Part shown: positions 48,086-57,045 of the stretch, piece by piece | Layout: each line of letters opens with the position of its first letter | Position numbering within the stretch: the stretch's first letter is position 1 | Assembly (NCBI GenBank): GCA_050951095.1 | Contig: JBMNIQ010000002.1 | Coordinates: 239,099-303,098, forward strand | DNA from: Eggerthellaceae bacterium | Lineage (GTDB): Bacteria > Actinomycetota > Coriobacteriia > Coriobacteriales > Eggerthellaceae | Length of the DNA: 64,000 nt | Reading direction: 5' to 3' | Made by a program: the position numbers and the translations under genes | The notes under the pieces: generated by a model | What the model saw: the letters and a program-made list of their open reading frames with translations, nothing else | Told to the model about the DNA's origin: nothing | Databases searched by the model: none

Positions 48086-49092
48086 GCGTTCACCTCTTCC
48101 TTGTCAGCGGGCGCTGCCTTGGCGGCTTCGGCCTGGGCCTTCTTGCGGGCGGCGGCCTTTGCCTTCGCCTCTGCGATGCGGCGCTCCTTGTCCGTCATCT
48201 TGGGCTCCACCTTGCGGGCCATGACTTCCTTCACGAAGCCCGTGGCGTCCTTGAAGTGCTTGTCGATGCCGGCTTGTTCCAGCGTCGCACCCATGGCCAG
48301 CGCCAGGATCTGCGTGAAGTAGAACACGGGCATGTCGTAGTCCGTGCCGAACTTGCGGTTGATTTCGTCTTCGCGCATGTCCAGGTTCAGCCAGCACAGC
48401 GGGCACGCCGTGACAATGGCCTCGGCGCCGCAGGCCTGCGCGTTGCGATAGATGCGGTTGATCAGCGGGCGCGTCTCGTCGGCCACGATGACCTGGTTCG
48501 ATGCGCCGCAGCATTCCGTTTTGAAGCCCCAATCAACCGGTTCGGCGCCCACGGCGGCCATCAGGTTGTCCATGCTGGTGGGGTTTTCCACGTCGTCGAA
48601 TTCGCACACGCCGGCGGGGCGCACCAGCGTGCAGCCGTAGTAGCAGGCCAGCTTCACGCCGTTGAGCGATTTCATGGCGCGCTGCTTGATGAGCTCCGTG
48701 ATCTCCGGGCGGGCGAACAGCTCCAGCAGGCTGACCACGTTGTTGGTTGCCTGGAAGGGCATCTTGATCAGCTGCGACAGGTGCTGGCGCAGCTCGTCGT
48801 CCTGGCGGGCGGCAACGGACGCGCGCTTCAGGTTGTTGTAGCAGCTGGCGCACGGGGCCACCACGTCGGGGTTGCCCGGCAGCGTTTCCGCCAGCGCCAG
48901 GCTGCGGGCGGGAAGCGCGTAGCCCAGGTCGCGGTTCTCGACGCTTGCGGCCGATGCGCCGCAGCAGTTCCAGTCGGGAATCTCGCGGAAGTTCAGGCCG
49001 ATGGCCTGGTTCACGTAATTCATGGACATGGTGTAGCTGATGCCGGTGGTGTCGGCCGAGCAGCCGGGGAAATAGGCGAAGACCCTATCCAT
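48082..49092 (-). CDS. hdrB: Heterodisulfide reductase subunit B-like (two CCG domains)
   Basis: Start at MDRVFAYFPGCS (ATG 49092, GGAAGGAGG upstream). WNCCGAS and TECCGAS CCG motifs. Lys/Ala-rich C-terminal tail. Confidence 0.85.
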   Translation of the reverse strand: MDRVFAYFPGCSADTTGISYTMSMNYVNQAIGLNFREIPDWNCCGASAASVENRDLGYALPARSLALAETLPGNPDVVAPCASCYNNLKRASVAARQDDELRQHLSQLIKMPFQATNNVVSLLELFARPEITELIKQRAMKSLNGVKLACYYGCTLVRPAGVCEFDDVENPTSMDNLMAAVGAEPVDWGFKTECCGASNQVIVADETRPLINRIYRNAQACGAEAIVTACPLCWLNLDMREDEINRKFGTDYDMPVFYFTQILALAMGATLEQAGIDKHFKDATGFVKEVMARKVEPKMTDKERRIAEAKAKAAARKKAQAEAAKAAPADKEEVNA

Positions 49093-49663
49093 TCTGGGCG
49101 CCTCCTTCCTGGTTGAAGCAGCGGTCGATGAGGTCGGCAACCGCCGGCTGGCACGACGCGGGCGTCTCGCGCACGGAGATCATGCCGCGCTGCAGCATCT
49201 TCGGGGCGCCCGCCACGTCTTGGAACAGGTGGCCGGAGCCCAGGTTGAACTTCATGGCAAGGCGGGATTCCGAAGAGCGGCCGTACTTGCGCACGCCCTT
49301 GATGAATTCCTCTTCGAACACGTTGCTGGCCGGCACGGGATGATGCCCGGTGGCCTTGGATGCCTTGCGAACCTCGCGCATCAGGTCGGTGATGTGGACG
49401 TTCTGCGGGCAGCGGGCCGAGCAGACTTCGCAGCCTGCGCAGATCCAGGGCCCGCGTGCGGCAAGGGTGGGTTCCAGGATGCCCAGTTGCAGATGACGAA
49501 TGACCTGCTGGGGACGCATGTCCATAGCGTCGGTCATGGGACAGCCTGCAGAGCATTTGCCGCATTGGTAGCAGTCCTTCAGGTCGACGCCGGCGTTTGC
49601 GGCAATCTGCGCAATAGCCTGCAAGTCGTTATCGCTGATTTCGGACAGATTGGCAGCTTGCAC
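49085..49663 (-). CDS. hdrC: Heterodisulfide reductase subunit C-like
   Basis: CYQCGKCSAGCP and CAGCEVCSARCP motifs. Confidence 0.85.
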   Translation of the reverse strand: MQAANLSEISDNDLQAIAQIAANAGVDLKDCYQCGKCSAGCPMTDAMDMRPQQVIRHLQLGILEPTLAARGPWICAGCEVCSARCPQNVHITDLMREVRKASKATGHHPVPASNVFEEEFIKGVRKYGRSSESRLAMKFNLGSGHLFQDVAGAPKMLQRGMISVRETPASCQPAVADLIDRCFNQEGGAQNG

Positions 49664-50087
49664 GAATGTCTCCTTTCCGCCTTAGGGGAAGGCTGCCTCG
49701 TTGCGATGGTTGTTGGGCGTGTCCCGACGCCCTTGTCTCATTTGTTAGTGCAACGATGACAGTTAAAAGATTGCGCCAAAGCTGCCGCCTGCGCGTGTGG
49801 GGAATTGCGAACGGCGTGCGATGAATGGTGGGCGGGTGAATGCTGTCGGAAAGAAAACCCAGCTCAAAGGTAGGAATAACCGCGTTGTGTTAACGGCTTG
49901 GGCGGTGTTGTAGCATGCCGCGAGCAGGGTGCGGCATGCGATGCCCGGCGGGCGGTATGCGGCGCGCGATAGGCGGCATCGGACGATAGGCGGCGCCGGA
50001 TGGATGACGGGCGCCCAGCGGCCCGTTGCGCGAGGCGGCCGACTGCGCGCGATAGGCGGCGCCGGCCGCGCGGATGACGGGCGGGAG

Positions 50088-51119
50088 CTAGAAGAAGATG
50101 CGGGCGCAGATCAGGGCGAACAGCATGAGCGCCGCCGACGTGCCCAGCGCCACGCCGAAGGCGTTGCGGCCGCGTTCGAACAGCACGCGGAAGTTTACCG
50201 TCATGCCCAGGGCGGCCATGGCCATGCCCAGCAGCAGGTAGCTGACATTCACCAGCCCAGCAATCACGTCGGCTCCCAGGGGGACGAACGTGCCCACCAC
50301 GCTGGCGGCAACAAAGCCCACCATGAACCAGGGAATGGGAACGCGACCTGCGGCTTCGCCCGATTCCGCTGCAGCTGACCCGCGGCGGTACCACACGCCG
50401 ATGATCATCGCCGCGGGAGCCAGTAGCAGCACGCGCGAAAGCTTGGTGATGATGGCTGCGTCAAGGCCCGCGGAGCCCATTGCGCTGCCCGCCGCCACGG
50501 CATGGGCAATCTCGTGCAGCGATCCGCCGGTGAATACGCCGAACTGTTCCGCCGTCAGGCCCAGCAGCGGCTTGATGGTGACATCTATCAGCGTGAACAC
50601 GGTGCCCAGGATGGCGACGATCGCCACGGCCACCACCTTGTTCTCCGCTTGGCGCGCCTGCTCGGCTTCGGTTTTGCCTTTGGGCAGCTGCGAGGAAATG
50701 CCCATGACCGCTGCCGCGCCGCAGATGCCGCAGCCCGATGCGGTGAGGATGGCCAGGTGCTTGTCCACGTCCGCTTTCCGTTCAAGCATATAGGTGAGCG
50801 CAATGGTGCCTGCCACAATCACGCAGGCCAGCGCGATGGTGCGCACGCCCGAATCGGCAAGCACCAGAAGGTTGAGGCGGAAGCCCAGCAGGATGATGCC
50901 CGCGCGTAGGAATTTGTTCGAGATAAGGGCGATGCCGCGGCTTCCGAATGCCACGGCGCGGCGCAGGAATTGGGCCAGCATGCCCAGCAGAAGAGACAAC
51001 ACCATGGCGCCCGCAATCTGCAGGTAGGGCAGCTTGGCAAGGGCGCTGCCGGCCAGCGAGCAGGCGAACGTGAGCGCGAGGGCGACGATAAATCCTTTGG
51101 AAAGCACAACGTCTTTCAT
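50088..51119 (-). CDS. YeiH/UPF0324-family membrane protein (putative sulfate-exporter family)
   Basis: Start at MKDVVLSKG. About 10 helices. Divergent LysR partner, as in yeiE-yeiH pairs. Confidence 0.7.
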   Translation of the reverse strand: MKDVVLSKGFIVALALTFACSLAGSALAKLPYLQIAGAMVLSLLLGMLAQFLRRAVAFGSRGIALISNKFLRAGIILLGFRLNLLVLADSGVRTIALACVIVAGTIALTYMLERKADVDKHLAILTASGCGICGAAAVMGISSQLPKGKTEAEQARQAENKVVAVAIVAILGTVFTLIDVTIKPLLGLTAEQFGVFTGGSLHEIAHAVAAGSAMGSAGLDAAIITKLSRVLLLAPAAMIIGVWYRRGSAAAESGEAAGRVPIPWFMVGFVAASVVGTFVPLGADVIAGLVNVSYLLLGMAMAALGMTVNFRVLFERGRNAFGVALGTSAALMLFALICARIFF

Positions 51120-51211
51120 ACTTGGTCCTTTCAGTTGGATGCGGACCAAGTGTAGTCATGTTCGCTTATAATCTAATCCAATACTTCGTTATCAATAAGT
51201 AAGTAATTCTT

Positions 51212-52108
51212 ATGAATGAGGATGCCATGTTCGACTTGCTGGACCATCGCCTTGCAACGCTTGCGGTTGTGGCACGCACCGGATCGTATACCGCGGCTGC
51301 CGAGGAGCTGTTCATCAGCCAGCCGGCGGTGTCGCAACAGATTGCCTCTCTTTCCTCGGAGCTGGGCGTTCGCTTGATAGAGCGGCGCGGCCGGCGTATG
51401 GAGCTCACGCAGGCCGCACTGGATTTGGTGGGGTACGCCAACCGCGTGGGGATCGACGGCCAGCACCTTGTGGAGCGCTTGCAGCTCGGTGTCGAGCGTC
51501 CCATTGCCCTGGGCGCCACCTTGTCCATCAGCCAGTTTCTGCTGCCGCGTCTGGTTGCGCGGGCGGTGGCCGATAAGGTGCCTTTCAGCGTGCGGATCTC
51601 GAACACGGCCGACCTGCTTGAGGGCATCGACGCGGGCACGATAGACCTGGCGCTGATAGAGGGGAACTTCGACCGGACCGCGTACGGATTCATGGACTTG
51701 CATGCAGAGCCGTTCGTTGCGGTGCTGCCGGCGGACGCCCCGCAGCCGAGCGGTTTCGAGGATCTGCTGCAAACCCCGCTGCTGCTGCGCGAACGCGGAT
51801 CGGGCACGCGTGCAATTTTCGAGGACATGTTGGCTGCCCGCGGGCTTGGCCTAACTGATTTCCGCAGGGTGATTGAAGTGAGCGATCCCGCTGCCATCAT
51901 CGAGATTCTGAAGCAGGGATGCGGCGTGTCGTTCATGTATCGCGCGCTGGTGGCCGACCTGCTTGCGCGCGGCGAGCTGCTGGAAGGGCGGGCAAGCTGC
52001 CTGCATTCCGAGCATTTGCTTTCCGCCGTGTATTTGAAGGGGTCGTCCGATGTCGCTCGCTATTGGGCCTTCCTTGATCTGGGACGCGAAAGGAAGGCTG
52101 CTCGGTAG
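51212..52108 (+). CDS. LysR-family transcriptional regulator
   Basis: N-terminal HTH (ARTGSYTAAAEELFISQPAVSQQI) plus a substrate-binding domain. Confidence 0.88.
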   Translation: MNEDAMFDLLDHRLATLAVVARTGSYTAAAEELFISQPAVSQQIASLSSELGVRLIERRGRRMELTQAALDLVGYANRVGIDGQHLVERLQLGVERPIALGATLSISQFLLPRLVARAVADKVPFSVRISNTADLLEGIDAGTIDLALIEGNFDRTAYGFMDLHAEPFVAVLPADAPQPSGFEDLLQTPLLLRERGSGTRAIFEDMLAARGLGLTDFRRVIEVSDPAAIIEILKQGCGVSFMYRALVADLLARGELLEGRASCLHSEHLLSAVYLKGSSDVARYWAFLDLGRERKAAR

Positions 52109-52206
52109 CCGGTTGTTCGAGTGCGGCCGGCTGCTCGGGTGCGGATGGCGGCGCCTGGCGATTGCTGGATGCCGGGTGCGGGGTGCCCGCCTCTGCGTGA
52201 GCGCCG

Positions 52207-52530
52207 CTACTTGCGGTTCTTCGCGCGCGACTGGGCCGCTTTCTTGTTGGTGCGCTTCTTGTCCTTGCTCTTCGTGCCGCCGCCCTTGCTGCCGCTGGAC
52301 TTCTTCTTCGAGGAGTCCTTGCGCTGGTTCGCCTGGCTCTTCTTCTTGAAATGGCGGTTGGTGAGCGACATGATGATGCCCGATGCCACAACGATCAGGA
52401 TGCCCAGGAACAAGCCGAGTTGCGTGTTGCCTTCCGATGCGCCTCCGTCGGCGAATGCGGCGGGGGCTACGGCCAATACGGAAATACCGGCAAGTGCAAG
52501 GGTGGAACGGAGGGTAGAGCGCTTATTCAC
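52207..52530 (-). CDS. Small (107 aa) protein: signal peptide, one TM, Lys-rich tail
   Basis: GTG start 6 nt after AAGGAG. Sequence: MNKRSTLRSTLALAGISVLAVAPAAFA, ~10 aa, LGLFLGILIVVASGIIMSL, K/S-rich tail. Confidence 0.5.
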   Translation of the reverse strand: MNKRSTLRSTLALAGISVLAVAPAAFADGGASEGNTQLGLFLGILIVVASGIIMSLTNRHFKKKSQANQRKDSSKKKSSGSKGGGTKSKDKKRTNKKAAQSRAKNRK

Positions 52531-52726
52531 GGGAGCTCCTTCTCATGCGGCGGGTGCGCATGTACATGCTGTTCGTACGGGGAACAAGTATAGATGATTC
52601 CCCTGGATGGGTGCCGAAAGGTTCGAACCCGTGGCAAAGTGCGGGAGAGTACTATCTCGTTTGGTTGAAGACGGCAGGGCGCGCGGTTCCCATCCGGCAG
52701 ACACCATATAATTCGACATGGAGGAT

Positions 52727-52755
52727 ATCGGCTGCCGCGTGTGCGGCCGGCCGAT
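52727..52755 (+). promoter_or_regulatory. 5'-UTR hairpin with GTGT loop upstream of SH3 paralogue 1
   Basis: ATCGGC..GCCGC-GTGT-GCGGC..GCCGAT, downstream of TATAAT (52707-52712) and ~25 nt before GGGAGG. Confidence 0.45.
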
Positions 52756-52780
52756 ACGAGGTATGTATGAGGGAGGAACA

Positions 52781-53704
52781 ATGGAGCAGAGAATCAGTAG
52801 CCGCAGGTCATGGCTTGTTGCCCTGGCTGTTGCATGCGTTCTGGGGCTGTTCGCCTGCATGATGGCGTCGGCGCAGCCCGCGCAGGCCGCAACGGCGAAG
52901 AACGTCACGATTATCGGTACGCATTCGAAGGCGAATTCCCCATCCGCATTCAGCAAGACGGTGAAGGCGTACGACATCACCGGCGACAAGAAGGCGGACA
53001 AGCTGACCATCAAAACGACGCATACGAACGACGGCTACAAAACGAACCTGAAGATCTATGTGAACGGGAAGAAGGTCAAGACCCTTTCCTGCAGCGCATC
53101 GACGTATGCAGAGGTCCACGTGAAGTACCTGTGCACCTCTTCTAAGAAGCCGTTCCTGTACATATCCCTTACCGGGGAAAACGCGGAGGGCATCTACGGC
53201 GTGTACCGCTACAAGTCCGGCAAGCTTGTAAAGCTTGTGGGCGCCACCAGCGCCATTGCGCAGAAGTATGGCACTCATATGCACCTGGCCACGGCCAAGG
53301 CTTCTGGCAAGAAGGTCTCCGTGCGCTTCAACTCCATGACGAAGACGATCGGCGAGACGGACTACACGTACACCTACACGTATAAGTCCGGCAAGCTGGT
53401 GCGCACCTCCGCCACCGCGTCGAAGCTGTCCACGTTCAAGGGCGTATCGCTGAAGAACCAGCCGCTGGCGTTCAAGACGAAAGTGTACAAGGCAGCCGGG
53501 TCCAGCAAGGTGGCCTACACCGCCAAGGCCGGCGCGAAGCTGACCATCAGCAAGATGAAGACGGTGAAGGGACAGCCCTGGTTCTACGTGAAGAACGCGA
53601 AGGGCCAGACGGGCTGGATCAAGGGAATCAGCAAGGGTGTCTGGGAGCTCTACGGTACCTTCAATTACAGCACGCTGTTCAAGAACCTGCAGATGGCAGG
53701 CTAG
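52781..53704 (+). CDS. Secreted protein with a C-terminal bacterial SH3 domain (paralogue 1)
   Basis: Signal peptide with an RR motif (SSRRSWLVALAVACVLGLFA...AQA). C-terminal KVYKAAGSSKVAYTAKAGAKLTI..GQPWFYVKNAKGQTGWIKG. Confidence 0.75.
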   Translation: MEQRISSRRSWLVALAVACVLGLFACMMASAQPAQAATAKNVTIIGTHSKANSPSAFSKTVKAYDITGDKKADKLTIKTTHTNDGYKTNLKIYVNGKKVKTLSCSASTYAEVHVKYLCTSSKKPFLYISLTGENAEGIYGVYRYKSGKLVKLVGATSAIAQKYGTHMHLATAKASGKKVSVRFNSMTKTIGETDYTYTYTYKSGKLVRTSATASKLSTFKGVSLKNQPLAFKTKVYKAAGSSKVAYTAKAGAKLTISKMKTVKGQPWFYVKNAKGQTGWIKGISKGVWELYGTFNYSTLFKNLQMAG

Positions 53705-53930
53705 ATAGCGCAGGCTAGGGAATTTCCTGGGCGGCTTCCGTGCATGCGGTTGGCTTCGGCCGGTTATGCGTGTGCGGGGCCGCTTTTTTGCTGCCTGTTT
53801 GGGGGGGGTGGGAGTTTTCTCTCCGGGCCGCTGGCGCCCGTGAATGCGGCGTTGGAACGATGTTATGCCCGATGAGCGGCGGCAGGCTGCTTGCGCAATG
53901 GCGCCCGCCCTATAATTCCCGAAGGAGGAC

Positions 53931-53961
53931 ATCGGTTGATGCACGTGTGTGCTCGGCCGAT
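53931..53961 (+). promoter_or_regulatory. 5'-UTR hairpin with GTGT loop upstream of SH3 paralogue 2
   Basis: ATCGG..GCAC-GTGT-GTGC..CCGAT, downstream of TATAAT (53911-53916). Confidence 0.45.
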
Positions 53962-53986
53962 GCGGGATTGCTTATAGGGAGGGACC

Positions 53987-54910
53987 ATGGATCGGAGAAT
54001 GGGGAATCGCTGGCTACTCGTTGCGGCCTTGTGCGCCGCATGTGCTGTCGGGCTGTTCGCCTGCCTGATGGTGACCGCGCAACCTGCGCAGGCCGCAACG
54101 GCGAAGAACGCCACGATCATCGGCGTGCATTCGAAGATGAGCACTTCGTTCGCATACACCAAGACGGTGAAAGCGTACGACATAACGGGCGACAAGAAGG
54201 CAGACAAGCTGACTATTAAAAAGTCACGCAAGAATAGCAGCTCTGTCACATCCTTGTGCATCTACGTGAACGGGAAGAAAGTTAAGACCCTTTCCATTTA
54301 CTTTCCGCCGGGATCAGCGCCGGAGGTTCAGGTGAAATACCTGCGTACTTCTTCGAAGAAGCCCTTCCTGTACATCTCTCTTATCGGAGTAGATTTGAAC
54401 GGCATCTACGGCGTGTACCGCTACAAGTCCGACAAGCTGGTGAAGCTCGTGAAACCGACCAGCGCCATCGCGCAGAAGTACGGAGACAGCATGATATTGG
54501 ACTCGGCCAAGGCGTCCGGCAAGAAGGTCTCCGTGCGATTCCTGTCTATAACGAAAACGCTCGGAGCAATAGGCTACGCTTACGACTACGCGTACAAGTC
54601 CGGCAAGCTGGTGCGTACCTCTGCCACCGCGTCGAAGTTTGCGTCGGTCGAGGGAGTTTCCCTGAAGAATCAGCCATTGGCGTATAACACGAAGATTTAC
54701 AAAGCAGCAGGCTCCAGCAATGTGGCCTACACCGCAAAGGCGGGCACGAAGCTGACCATCAGCAAGATGGTGACCCTGAAGGGGCAGCCTTGGTTCTACG
54801 TGAAAAACGCGAAAGGCCAGACGGGCTGGATCAAAGGAATCAGCAAATACACTTTCGAGCTTTTCGGCACCTACAAGTACAGCACGTTGTTTAAGAATCT
54901 GTACCTGTAA
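53987..54910 (+). CDS. Secreted protein with a C-terminal bacterial SH3 domain (paralogue 2)
   Basis: Collinear with 52781-53704 over its full length. Confidence 0.75.
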   Translation: MDRRMGNRWLLVAALCAACAVGLFACLMVTAQPAQAATAKNATIIGVHSKMSTSFAYTKTVKAYDITGDKKADKLTIKKSRKNSSSVTSLCIYVNGKKVKTLSIYFPPGSAPEVQVKYLRTSSKKPFLYISLIGVDLNGIYGVYRYKSDKLVKLVKPTSAIAQKYGDSMILDSAKASGKKVSVRFLSITKTLGAIGYAYDYAYKSGKLVRTSATASKFASVEGVSLKNQPLAYNTKIYKAAGSSNVAYTAKAGTKLTISKMVTLKGQPWFYVKNAKGQTGWIKGISKYTFELFGTYKYSTLFKNLYL

Positions 54911-54936
54911 AGTTAAAAAGCAGACGAGCGGTGTTA

Positions 54937-54992
54937 GACGGCTCTAGTGCGCGCTGCTGGCTTCGGCCAGTCAGATGAGCGCTAGAGCCGTC
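54937..54992 (+). terminator. Long hairpin plus T-run after SH3 paralogue 2
   Basis: GACGGCTCTAG..GCGC...GCGCTAGAGCCGTC followed by ATTTT. Confidence 0.6.
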
Positions 54993-55272
54993 ATTTTGCG
55001 TTAGACCCAGAAGCGGGGCGAAGCGAGGATTCACATAGCGCTGGGTTGGCGTGAAGTGGTAGCGGAACGCGGTCGGGACCGAAGTACAGCCAATTTCGCA
55101 TCCTTTTCACCTTCCTTGCTTTCCTCAAGGCGCAATAAGGACGCATCGCGCAGATATTCGCCTAGCCGAGCCGCCCTGTTGCTGCTCGCCCTTCCCTAAG
55201 ACAAAAAGAAAGCGCCCGCACGAATGTGAGCGCTTTCTGCATTGCAGCACCGGTACGAGTGAGGAACTGCAA

Positions 55273-55830
55273 TTAGTCGTCGAAGTTGATCAGCGTCTTG
55301 ACCTTCTGATGGTTGATCAGGTAGTACGCGGTGACCGCGATAGACCAGCCCCAAACGGCGTGGCCCAGGCACTCGCTGAAGTGCTCTTCGAACGGGCAAT
55401 CCCACGGAGCGGGGGTGGTGCCCAGCAGCGGCATCAGGATGATGTGCCACAGTACCCACAGAACCAAGCCGTAGACAACGCCCTGGCCCATTGCAACCTT
55501 TCTCCAGTTCTGGATCAGCAGAATGAACAGGAAAGAGAATGCAATGGCGAAGGTGAAGTGCAGCAGCAGCGTGAACGGCATAATGGCGTTTCCGTTGTAG
55601 TAGACGGTGCCGAAAATGACGTCGTCGGGAATACCGAGCTGCTGAGCCATGTGCTGCGGCGGGTTGGGATCATTGCGGATGGGGGTGCGGGGCGGGAACA
55701 GGTTCTCCCAGCCCATCTTGATCCATCCGGAGAAGATGCCAACGATGATGCCGTACCAGATGCTCTTGCCGACAACTTTGGCGGTAATCGGATTCTTCTT
55801 CTCCGATTTTGCGGGGGTGTTGGTAGACAT
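55273..55830 (-). CDS. DUF1440/YagU-family inner-membrane protein
   Basis: Start at MSTNTPAK. IKMGWENLFPPRTP and LLGTTPAPWDCPFEEHFSECLGHAVWGWSI resemble E. coli YagU segments. Confidence 0.75.
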   Translation of the reverse strand: MSTNTPAKSEKKNPITAKVVGKSIWYGIIVGIFSGWIKMGWENLFPPRTPIRNDPNPPQHMAQQLGIPDDVIFGTVYYNGNAIMPFTLLLHFTFAIAFSFLFILLIQNWRKVAMGQGVVYGLVLWVLWHIILMPLLGTTPAPWDCPFEEHFSECLGHAVWGWSIAVTAYYLINHQKVKTLINFDD

Positions 55831-55872
55831 GTTATTCTCCCTTTCGTTCCCCAGGTTTGTAAAAGCACTAGC

Positions 55873-55901
55873 ATTGTGGTCGGGAAAAAGGGGCATGTCA
55901 A
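55873..55901 (-). promoter_or_regulatory. Candidate promoter of the yagU-like gene
   Basis: The minus strand reads TTGACA, 17 nt, CACAAT, ~40 nt upstream of the start codon. Confidence 0.45.
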
Positions 55902-56283
55902 CACAAACTGGTCATTTTGCCGAAACTTATTGATAACTTCTTTAGAATGTAACAATCATCGGTAGACGGCGCGAATAAATCGGCGGCTGACTAATGAGGG
56001 CATTTTACAAACTGAGAAAACATGGAAATTAATGGCTGACAGCTGTGCATTGCCGTCGCGACTTCTGCTTATATCTGTGCCCTGTAAAGACATGTAAGGC
56101 GCTCGTTTGATAGTCAGGGATAAATAACAGCGTATGGCTACTCGCGGGAGAGTGGTTCGAAGTGACCTGCATAATTGAATGTAGTTGTTTAGACGTGAAC
56201 GTTTTGTGAACGATAGAGATAAAGCTTGCGAGTGCTGCTTACGGAACCTATTATGCAGGAGTTGCGAAAAGCAACCCAGACAT

Positions 56284-56360
56284 TGCGGGGTGGAGCAGTC
56301 TGGTAGCTCGCCGGGCTCATAACCCGGAGGTCGTTGGTTCAAATCCAGCCCCCGCGACCA
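56284..56360 (+). tRNA. tRNA-Met (CAU), initiator-like
   Basis: Near-identical by eye to E. coli tRNA-fMet (GCGGGGUGGAGCAG..CUCGCCGGGCUCAUAACCCGGAGG..). It has three G-C pairs closing the anticodon stem and a non-Watson-Crick 1:72 pair. CCA is encoded. Confidence 0.88.
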
Positions 56361-56369
56361 AAAACTTAG

Positions 56370-56404
56370 TCCCTGACCTGCGAAAACGGGTCGGGGATTT
56401 TTTT
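56370..56404 (+). terminator. tRNA-Met terminator
   Basis: TCCCTGACC-loop-GGTCGGGGA followed by T7. Confidence 0.7.
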
Positions 56405-56447
56405 GACCACCACTTGACCACCATCGCGACCACCATTCTACCACCAA
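56403..56447 (+). repeat. Four tandem ~11-12-bp repeats containing (G/T)ACCACCA
   Basis: TTGACCACCAC TTGACCACCATC GCGACCACCATTC TACCACC. Confidence 0.7.
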
Positions 56448-56811
56448 AAACATTTGTTCGGGTCGGCGTTTCGGCTGCATCTGGGCCGTTTCGGGGCCTT
56501 TGGCGGTCGCGCGATCATGGGGATTTCGTGGTGGGCTCCGAGGTGTTTTCGGCGGTTCTCTAAGCACTTCTCAAAACAGTTCACAAATCCATAGCTCGGA
56601 CCGGCGGACACCTTGAACACGACGCATTCGCGCGAAGCGTTGCGAACCGTCGCGTTCGAGCGTGTGTGCGCCTCGTGGATGCCCTCCCAAAATGGGAGTA
56701 AGCCGTCCCATCTCGGGTGACTTCGCTCCGACTTTGGGAGGGTTTGCTGACTCGTTTGTGACAGCGGGTGAGAATCGGAAGCCCTGAAAGCACGAACGAA
56801 CGGGGCAACCG

Positions 56812-57045
56812 ATGAAGACCCAAACCACGCAGGGCGGCGCGTCCGCCCGCATCATGACCCTGCAGGAAGCGGCCGAGTACCTGCACACCTCGTACTCGAC
56901 GGTGTACCGGCTGGTGACGTCCGGGGAGCTGGACGCGTTCCGGCTGCGCAACTCGTGGCGTACGAGCTCGCTCGCATGCGAGGCGTACGTGCGGCACCAG
57001 TTCGCCGAGCAGGCGATCTCCTGCAGGCCCGTGGCAGCGGAATGA
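56812..57045 (+). CDS. Excisionase-family HTH protein (prophage)
   Basis: IMTLQEAAEYLHTSYSTVYRLVTSGELDAFRL. Confidence 0.7.
   Translation: MKTQTTQGGASARIMTLQEAAEYLHTSYSTVYRLVTSGELDAFRLRNSWRTSSLACEAYVRHQFAEQAISCRPVAAE

Noticed and set aside
52605-52690. tRNA-like GGTTCGAACC T-loop motif.
   Set aside because: I could not fold a cloverleaf on either strand: there is no matching T-stem, acceptor stem or anticodon arm. The 10-mer is itself a palindrome.
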